From NCBI GenBank assembly GCA_043228905.1, contig JBHGNT010000321.1, positions 1 through 35,091 on the forward strand: a stretch of 35,091 nucleotides of DNA, written 5' to 3'. This document shows positions 27,341-35,091 of this stretch, piece by piece; within the stretch, counting starts at the first letter, position 1; each line of letters begins with the position of its first letter. Below the pieces are notes generated by a model that saw only the letters and a program-made list of their open reading frames with translations, searched no databases and was not told the DNA's origin. Both the position numbers and the translations under genes were made by a program. The DNA is from Azolla caroliniana (taxonomy: Eukaryota > Plantae > Polypodiophyta).

Positions 27341-28125
27341 AAGATTTTGGATGGCAAGCCTTGAACTCTTTTTTGTTGTTGACATTGTTGTAGTGCTTCA
27401 TAGTGTACATGCCCAAGCCGGAAATGCCATAATTGAGTTAGTGAAGATCTTTTCTTGTGTTGTATTTGCAAGACTGTTGAGAATGCATTTGGAGGATGAC
27501 TCTATATTGGATACAAGTGCGTCTCCTTAGGATACACCAACTGTGTACTTGTGTTTCCAGTTTTGAAAATTAGAATTGCGTTCCCCTTACATAATTGTAT
27601 TATTAGTCCATCTATAGTTGCTTGTCCAATTGATAATAAGTGTTTGGCTAGTCCTAGTACATAATAGACATTTGGGACTGTAATCACGTGATTGTCTGAC
27701 AATCTGAGTTCAATAGTTCCTTTTCCGATTGTTGTTTTTCGTTTGTTGTCTCCAAAAGTAAATGATAGTGGATTGGAAAGAATCTTATAGCAATTCAACC
27801 AGTCCTTTCGATATGTGAGGTGATGTGTAGGACTAGTGTCTAGGTACCATGTATCATGTTCGGTTTTTGTCTCTTCTGTAGTGACATGGTATGCTTGCAA
27901 AATATTGTCATCTTCTGGTATTTCATCCAAATTCTATATATTCTTTTGACTTCAAGTTTGATTTGGCTTCTAATGTTGCATTATTTGCTTGTGATTGTCT
28001 TTTGTTCTCTGCAACTTGCTTGAATCGACATACCCATTCTGTATGCCCTTCTTTCTTACAATATCTTCAAATCAGTTTGAAACGGGTTTGTCTTGTGGAC
28101 GCGGGTTTGTGTGGGTGTGGTGGTC
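27341..28125 (-). mobile_element. Ty1/Copia gag-pol fragment (zinc knuckle, protease, GAG-pre-integrase), pseudogenised
   Basis: CCHC knuckle *RYCKKEGHTEWVC (28028-28069, first Cys is a stop), protease motif WYLDTSPTHHLT followed by VPNVYYVLGLAKHLLSIGQ, and LWHFRLGH. Frameshifts and stops separate the pieces. The upper boundary is approximate. Confidence 0.92.
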
Positions 28126-28617
28126 GCTAGAGGACACATGGGCGTGTTCAAAAAGAGATTTTGTTATTGTAGGCATGCAAAGGGGATCTCCACCACCCCA
28201 TTCTAGGGGAGGTGAGCTAAAGGTATCAAACAACTTTTGAAAGAAGATGAACTTCTTTGCGGCCGAGAGTTTGGTGATGAATTCTTTATAACCTTCAATT
28301 TTAAGGTCTTCTAAGTTTTCTATGAGTGAACTAAAGGGAGATTTGGGGGAGGGGGAGGGAATGCTTTGCGTGCTACTAGGGCTAGTTGAGGATAAATCTA
28401 GTTGGAGCATCCTAGATGGCGGGGGGATTTTTTTAGGTGGGGATTTGGGGTTGTTAAGACACACATTATATAGATGTTGGATTTCATGTGGGACTTCGTT
28501 ATTTATTAATTGACAAGAAAGACGGTGGGGTGAGGGAGCTTCCCTGTTTACAACGGTTGTTTGAGTGTTGGCGACGACGTGCTTGAGATTGGTCGTCATT
28601 GGTGGAGAATCCGGCAC
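28072..28617 (-). CDS. Pro/Ser-rich ORF of unknown function, possibly an accessory ORF of the PLE; its end runs into Copia sequence
   Basis: 181-aa ORF in the track, and the stop-free frame extends upstream past 28750. It has the same C/A-rich sense-strand bias as the PLE RT. No domain recognised. Confidence 0.3.
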   Translation of the reverse strand: MPDSPPMTTNLKHVVANTQTTVVNREAPSPHRLSCQLINNEVPHEIQHLYNVCLNNPKSPPKKIPPPSRMLQLDLSSTSPSSTQSIPSPSPKSPFSSLIENLEDLKIEGYKEFITKLSAAKKFIFFQKLFDTFSSPPLEWGGGDPLCMPTITKSLFEHAHVSSSDHHTHTNPRPQDKPVSN

Positions 28618-28861
28618 AAAGTCGATGGTGGTTGTGGGTGGATCCGTGAGTATGTCGGCGATGGTGGATCTGTGGGTGCGTCGGCGTTGGGTGTGCGACG
28701 TTGAATGGATCGTGTTTTGGGTCCTCTTGTTGAGACGTTTGTGGCCATGTATCTGTATTGGAACAAAAGAGGAGAGAGAGGAGAGAAGGGGAGAAAAAGA
28801 GGGAAAGATATGAGGGAGGGAAATATAGTAGTGTGGGGTAGGATGGAGCGTATGTTGAGAA

Positions 28862-28880
28862 GGTTAGGGTTTAGGGTTTT
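28862..28880 (+). repeat. Short plant-type telomeric repeat tract (GGTTAGGGTTTAGGGTTTT) / telo-box
   Basis: About 2.5 units of TTTAGGG, with the C-rich strand on the PLE sense strand. Confidence 0.6.
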
Positions 28881-29317
28881 GTAATAGTTGCTAGTTTTTG
28901 TAGGGGTAAAGCTATTAGTATGGAGAATTGAAAGAGTAAGAGAAGTAGAGGGCAGAAAACCAAGTTTATGGGGGTGTACGACTACTAGGAGGTATGGAAC
29001 ATATGATGTAATAAAAATAGAAATTTATGTTGGTATATGACTACTAGGGGTATAATATATATGATATGAAGTGATGAGTGCTTTTCTAAGATTGATTAAA
29101 GTGTGCGGCACTTCATCGGGGGTTGTTTGGGGTGGACTCAAGTTTAGATCTTATTTGTATGTCTAAACATAAGTAGTGATATAGTTTTAGAAGAATAGAA
29201 AAGTGAGGGTGTGGGTGGGGGTTAGGGGAGTGTAGCTTGTTGAAGATATCAAAAGGATTTAAACCTAATCAAAGTTTTTAGAACATATTAAAGATCATTG
29301 GGATAACTTAAGTTATT

Positions 29318-29925
29318 AGACACCAATAAAGTATTATTAAAACACCAATATAGAGTATTATTAAAACGGGAGCACACGCTTAGATGAAAGGGAGTTGTTT
29401 AAACACACGCTTAAACAAACACTTAAAAGAAAGATTATTATAAAAAATAAAAAATAAAAATAGAAAAGAGAGATTGAGATTAAAAAATGATTATGGTTAA
29501 GAAGGGATTATGATTAAGGGGGAGGGGGTTGCTAAAACAAAGTACTTAAACGAATGTTTAAACAAATATTTAGATAAGAAAACACTTGGGCAAACACTTA
29601 AAGCAAGGTTATGATTAAAACAGAAGGGAGGGATTATGGTTAAAGAAAAGGGGTCATGGCTAAGAAGAGAATGATTATGATTAAGAGAGGAGAATACTTA
29701 AACAAATGTTTAAACAAAAAGTTAAACCTAAAAATGATTGAACAAGTACTTTAAAAAAAGGGGTTAAACAAGTACGTAATAAAAATGATTATTAAACAAG
29801 TACTTAATAGAAAATGATTAAATAAATACTTAAAAACTTAAGACAAAAAAATTTGATAAAAAAGTGATTAAACAAGTACTTAATAAAAATTTATTAAATA
29901 AGTAGTTAAGAACTTATGACAAACA
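29318..29925. repeat. Degenerate short-period AT-rich repeats downstream of the PLE RT
   Basis: Recurrent taaacaagtact(taa) and gattatg(a/g)ttaag motifs, plus a duplicated acaccaata..gtattattaaaac at 29320-29367. Confidence 0.7.
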
Positions 29926-29980
29926 ATTAGATAAGAGCAACACATAGAAGGAAAGAAAGTTTTACTATCACAAGGCAACG

Positions 29981-30026
29981 ATCGACAAATGCATTTCGCC
30001 TCGATGGAGGCGCTTCAGTGCCTGAT
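29981..30026 (-). ncRNA. Minimal type I hammerhead ribozyme motif (A9C core variant)
   Basis: Minus strand reads ATCAGGCA-CTGAAGC-GCCTC-CATC-GAGGC-GAAA-TGCA-TT-TGTCGAT. Stem I is ATC(A)GGCA/TGTCGAT, stem II is a perfect 5 bp, and stem III is a palindromic mini-stem. It lies ~160 nt after the RT stop, where PLE hammerheads are expected. Confidence 0.75.
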
Positions 30027-30188
30027 GTACAAATGATGAAAACTAAGCCTACTAGGTTGCTCTTTTTATAGGGAGAGGGAGGAGAGTCCTTTGTATGTAG
30101 GACATACAAAAGTGTGTACAAAGGGAAGGTAAAAGAGTGTACACAAGACTTTAGGTGGGGGTTAAGAGGGGTGAGAGTACATAAAACA

Positions 30189-31953
30189 TTAGGTGGGGGG
30201 AAAGGATAAGTGTACTAGGTGGTTTCTTAGTTTTTTATCATTTAGCCAACATGTCAGAGGGGGTGTAAGGGAACTATATTGTGGTTGTCCTAGAAGGGGT
30301 TTATGTTTGTTTCTCACGAGCGCTCCGATCTGGAGTTTTTTGATACATGGGGAGTAACGAAGCTTAATAACAATGGGTGGAGGTTTTTTGTTGTTGGGTT
30401 GGTTAGGGAGTAGTTGGTTTCGTATGGAGTAGGGGACGGTCGAAAAACACTTGAGTAGGAACTTCAATGGGTAGCCCCTAGCTCTTAGGTGGTCGTAGAA
30501 CTTTTTGCGTAGTTCCATGTAGCCATTTTCCGAGCTCTCCCGGATAGCATACCATTTTAGTTCTCCCGTGATGAAGCCCTTTTTTGTGCTATGGGGTGCG
30601 AGGATTTCCACGGGAGGTACATTTAGGCATTGAGAGGTTTTTGGTGGCATGCGGTGTCGAGGATGCCGAATTCTTTAAAGTATGGGCCTTTGAAGAAGAC
30701 ATCGTCCAGGATGGTGATCTCTTTAGGGGAGGTTGTTGATTCAATACGGATTTGTTGTTGTAGAGGCATGCCGTATTGGTGTAAGAAGGTGTGAAGTGTA
30801 TCGGGGGAACCTTCCCAAACTCATATGGCATCATCGATGTAGCATTTTGTAGTAGAGTAGTTGCGATGTTTGGAAAGCTAGGTTGTCATCCTCTAGCTAC
30901 GAAAGAAACAAGCAAGCGTAAACAAAGGCAAAATTACCACCCATTGCGATGCATTTAATTTGTAACCAAAAAGTATTATTAAAGGAGAGAAAATTGTTTC
31001 TAAGTATAAGTTCGGCGACACTCATAATGATTTTGGTTTTATGTGGTGGGAAATGATGTGAAATAGATTTTTCAAAAACCAATAGACCTTCCATGGTAGG
31101 TATACTGGGATATAATGACACTATGTCAAAAGAAAACAATGTGCAATTTTTGTGGAAGGTGTGGTGTGCTAGGTCCTTAACAAGTGTTAAGGAGTCTTTG
31201 AGGTGTTGTTTTTTAGACAATAAGATGTATTAGATGGTGTAGCCATTTAGAGGCTCTTTCGAAAACATAATTGTTGTAGGCGCAAATAGGGCATCCTACA
31301 ACAATGGGCTTGTGGATTTTGGGGATGATGTAGAAACGACATATCTTGAAACCATGTTTGGGTTTCTGAAGGAGGAATCTAATTTCCTCCTTGGAGAGGT
31401 GGGGGGAAGCTTTTATACATAGGTGTTCAAGTCGACTGTGGAGAGTTTCTAGGGGGACGTCTTTGACGGGGGTGTAGGTGTTTTTGTCGTTGAGCTGTCT
31501 AAGGCATTCGTTAAGGTACCAATCCTTAGAGAGAATGCATGTGCCTAGATTTTTATCCGTGGGTTTAATAACTATGTCTTGATTGTTTTTGAGATTATGT
31601 AGTGCAGTTCTAAAGTTCCTATGTGGGCGAGGTTGGATGGTGGGTGGGGAGGGGAGGGCAGAGGTGATAGATGTGATGGTTTGGGTGATTTCTGGCACGG
31701 TTGGGGGATTCCAACTGGGGTTCGGTATTCTAAATGAAGAGATAATGTTAGTAGAGTTTATAAAGAAATATTTGAGGCGGTAAGTTCTATCTAAGGATAC
31801 AACGACATCTATCAATTGTTGTTTTCTAATAGGCTAGGGTGGGGGAATAAAGTCTAGACCTAAGCTTAAAAGTTTGAGTTGGGGTGGAGGAAGGTGGAAA
31901 GAGGAAAGGTTGTGCAATGAGTGATTAGTGATCCTATTCTCGGGCTGGGAGGG
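30189..31953 (-). mobile_element. Penelope-like retroelement reverse transcriptase, endonuclease-deficient type, pseudogenised and 5'-truncated
   Basis: PLE motifs appear in order: HNLSSFHL..LKLLSLGLDFIP (~31835-31915), IVIKPTDKNLGTCIL, FYIIPKIHK, LFSFDIVSLYPSIP, IAMGGNFAFVYACLF, catalytic YIDD (30830-30841), KPLNA*MYLPWKSSHP, and thumb region KGFITGEL..LRARGYP. The frame ends at KKLRNHLVHLSFPPT* with no GIY-YIG domain. Several stops and frameshifts. Confidence 0.92.
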
Positions 31954-34520
31954 TGTTCATCGACAGTTGACCATTATTCTTCAATCTATGCGTATTCTTT
32001 GAAATTGTATAGAGTTATCCAAACTATAAGTGTTGGTGTACTAATTTGTCATACCAATGTTGACAAATAACCACAACCAAATATACTGCTTCTTGTTGTC
32101 TCGAACAACATAATGTTTTGTCCAATTTCATTTGAAACCCCTACCATTAATCGAATAATGGGATTAAGTTTAGAAATTGATGTTAGGAGACAAAAATCAA
32201 AGTAAAGTTTATCATCAATCCTTCAAACATAATATTGATTATTTTGTTAATTGTACATTATTGTAACATTTACTTTAGGTCTTGAGTTTTTGAGTTATCA
32301 AACAGTTAACGCATTACATGCGTCAGAAATTTAATATATGACATTGTCGTTTCCATTGCCTGGAGTTGAACCCGGGTCTCTCGGGTGAGAGCTCAATATT
32401 CTAACTAACTAGACTACAATGGATCACATCTTGTGTGCTTTTTAATATTGCAATCATTGATTAGAAATAAATAATATTTATATTTTGCGCAAGCATCAAC
32501 GAAAAACAGAGGATTATTCTACCAGACTCTCATTTTTAAGATTTAATAATTTCAAGGGTTATTCTCGATGCCACATTAACTCATGATATTTGATATATCT
32601 AGTTGTACACGGGTGTCTCAGGTAAAAAGCAAGGAACCGAGGCAACATGATTACAATGGAATTCATTTAGAAAATGAATTAGTTAATGTACCATTCTAGT
32701 CCTTTGTTACAAATAAAGAAACATGGTGCAATACTCATCAACTGTTAACCATTATTCCGCAATCCCTGCGTATTGTTTAAAATTGTAACAATTGTTGGTG
32801 CACTGATTTATCGTAACAATGTTGAGGAATAACCACAACTAAATATATTGGTTCTTGTTGTCCCGAACAACATAATGTTTAGTCCAATTTCATTCGATAC
32901 CTCTACCATTAACCGAATAATGGGATTAAGTTTAGAAATTGATGTGAGGAGAGAAAAATCAAAGTAAAGTTCGTCATCAATCCTTCAAACATAATATTGA
33001 TTATTTTGTTAATTGTACATTATTATAACAGCTACTTTAGCTCTTGAGTATTTGAGTTATCAAACAGTTAACAAATGACATGCATCGCAAAATTTTATAT
33101 ATGATATTGTCCTTTCTATTCCCGGGAGTTGAACCCAAGTCTCTCGTGTGAGAGCCGAGTATTCTAACGAACTAAACTACAATGGATCACATCTTGTGCA
33201 CTATTTAATATTGAAATCATTGATTAGAAAAATATAATATTTATATTTTGCGCAAGCATCAACAACAAACTGAGAATTATTCTAACACACTCTCGTTTTT
33301 AAGATTTAATAATTTGAACGGATTTTATCGATGCCACATTAACTCATGATATCTTATATATCTAGTTGTACCTGGGCGTCTCAGGTAAAAAGCAAGGATC
33401 CAAGGCAACTTGATTACAATGGAATTCGTTTACTAAATGAATTAGTTAATGTACCATTCTAGTCCTTTGTTACAAATAAAGAAACATGGTGCAATACTCA
33501 TCAATTGTTAACCATTATTCTGCAATCTATGCCTATTGTTTGAAATTATTTCAAGTTATCCAAACTATAATTGTTGGTGTACTAATTTATCGTAACAATG
33601 TTGAGGAATAACCACAACTAAACATATTGCGTCTTGTTGTCCCGAACAACATAATTTTTTGACAAATTTCATTTGAAACCTCTACCTTTAATTGATTAAT
33701 GGGATTAAGTTTAGAGATTGATGTTAGGAGAAAAAAATTAAAGTAAAGTTCGTCATCAATCCTTCAAACATAATATTTAGTTTTTGAGTTACAAACACTT
33801 AACACATGATATGCGTTGGAAATTTAATATATGATATTGTCATTTCCATTGCCGGGAGTTAAACCCGGATCTCTCAGGTGAGAGCCAAGTATCCTAAACA
33901 ACTAGACTACAATGGATCATTGTACTTTTTAATATTGCAATCATTGATTAGTAATAAATAATATTTATATATTGCTTAAACAAGGATCTGTACCAATTAG
34001 ACGACAATGGAATTCATTTAGTAAATGATTTAGTTAATGTAATATTCTAGTGGTTTACTTCAAATAAAGAAGCATGGTGCAATGCTCATCGAGAGTTTAC
34101 CATTATTCGGCAATCTATTCGTATTGTTTGAAATTGTATCAAGTTATCCAAACTATAATTGTTGGTGTACTAATTTGTCGTAACAATGTTGACGAATAAC
34201 CACAACTAAATATATTGTTTCTTCTCTTCCCGAACAACATAATGTTTTGTCAAATTTCATTTGAAACGTCTCCTATTAATTGAATAATGGTATTAAGTTT
34301 AGAAATTGATGTGAGGAGAAAAAAATCAAAGCAAAGTCCTTTATCAATCCTTCAAACATAATATTGATTATTTGGTTAATTGTACATTATTGTAACTAGT
34401 TTACGTCTTGAGTTTTTGAGTTATCAAACATTAACACATGACATGCGTCGCAAAATTTTATATGTGATATTGTCCTTTCTATTCCCGGGAGTTGAACTCG
34501 GGTCTCTCGGGTGAGAGCTG
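31954..34520 (-). repeat. tRNA-Glu-containing tandem satellite array (right block)
   Basis: Same unit and orientation as the left block. tRNA copies start at about 32352, 33114, 33845 and 34478 (truncated). Confidence 0.97.
34477..34520 (-). pseudogene. 3' part of tRNA-Glu(CTC), truncated by retroelement sequence
   Basis: Acceptor 3' strand, T arm and anticodon loop are present. Similarity ends at gagagctg|ggtgcg. Confidence 0.85.
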
Positions 34521-35091
34521 GGTGCGAAATGTGTGGCCGCCGATTGTTACTTCCAAATCTTGTATCAAGCTGGTCGGTCGCACTAAGCTGGTATCCGCCA
34601 TCCATAGCCAGAACGGGCATGGTTCCCACTCTTTGATTCCCAAGGTTGTGCATGTTCGGAGGCTAATCTCATTGACGTCGGATCCTCCATCTATTACTGT
34701 TCCGGGTAACTCCTTTCCCTTCACGATGGCCGTGATCACCAGACTGTTTGTGTCTACCACCGCCGGTCCCTCCTCCGGATTTGAGAAGAATGTTGGTGTC
34801 GGTGGTGTTTCTCCTGTCGTCATGCCTGTCTTGAGTCCTTCTATGAATCTGGGCACTAGTTGCAGGAGCCATCCTAATGGCAGCGTGATTTGGCACTCTT
34901 GCAATGCCTGCCATGTCGCATTTTCGGTTTCACTACCGCCGACGAGCTCTTCGGTGTTCTCCTTTTGCTGCGCAAGTTCTGCTATGTTTCGCTCATTTGC
35001 CTTTTTCACCCATTCTGTTGCCTACTTCCGGATGGCCTCTTGTGTCTCCCATTCTGTCGTCTTACCCTTCGACCCTGTGCTAACCTGCTAT
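34521..35091 (-). mobile_element. Ty3/Gypsy gag-pol fragment with retropepsin-like aspartic protease
   Basis: ORF 34479-35009 reads ITLPLGWLLQLVPRF ... TVIDGGSDVNEISLRTCTTLGI..CPFWLWMADTSLVRPTSLIQDLEVTIGGHTF. GC content rises sharply and the element continues off the window. Confidence 0.85.

Noticed and set aside
27891-28813. Plus-strand ORFs 27891, 27995, 28322, 28565 (and 31583, 27099)
   Set aside because: They are antisense shadows of minus-strand TE sequence with biased composition and no motifs.
29100-29122. Second hammerhead (minus strand CCGATGAAG)
   Set aside because: No stem II followed by GAAA.
30189-31953. Telomerase (TERT), group II intron or LINE RT
   Set aside because: The KPTDKNLG, IPKIHK, AMGG, YIDD and RGYP motif set plus the hammerhead fit PLEs. 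No TERT T-motif, APE endonuclease or intron structure was seen.
34477-34520. tRNA-Glu fragment as a Gypsy primer binding site
   Set aside because: It is in the same sense as the element rather than complementary, follows protease sequence rather than an LTR, and is continuous with the satellite unit.
34396-34914. ORFs 34396-34653 and 34669-34914
   Set aside because: They are alternative frames overlapping the Gypsy protease and the tRNA/satellite.

Overview
Eukaryotic, almost certainly land-plant, repeat-rich DNA with no intact host protein gene. A moss or lycophyte host is an inference from the TE content. About 29 kb is a head-to-tail tandem array of a ~770-800 bp AT-rich unit (1-26608 and 31954-34520). 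Most units carry a minus-strand tRNA-Glu(CTC) gene or pseudogene; I count ~42 copies by eye, including truncated ones, and none matches the consensus perfectly. Each unit also has a second, gap-free but decayed tRNA-Glu copy ~255 bp away and possibly a third remnant. The satellite therefore looks like a higher-order repeat of an ancestral ~255 bp tRNA-Glu monomer, later reshuffled by kb-scale segmental duplications. A 5.35 kb composite of retroelement pieces interrupts the array: a chromovirus-type Ty3/Gypsy integrase tail, a solo-LTR-like element, a Ty1/Copia gag-protease fragment, and a decayed Penelope-like element (PLE). The PLE lacks the GIY-YIG endonuclease, has a minimal type I hammerhead ribozyme motif downstream of RT, and is followed by a short plant telomeric repeat. 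The window ends in a second Ty3/Gypsy gag-protease fragment joined into a tRNA copy. All alignments, counts and identities were done by eye.
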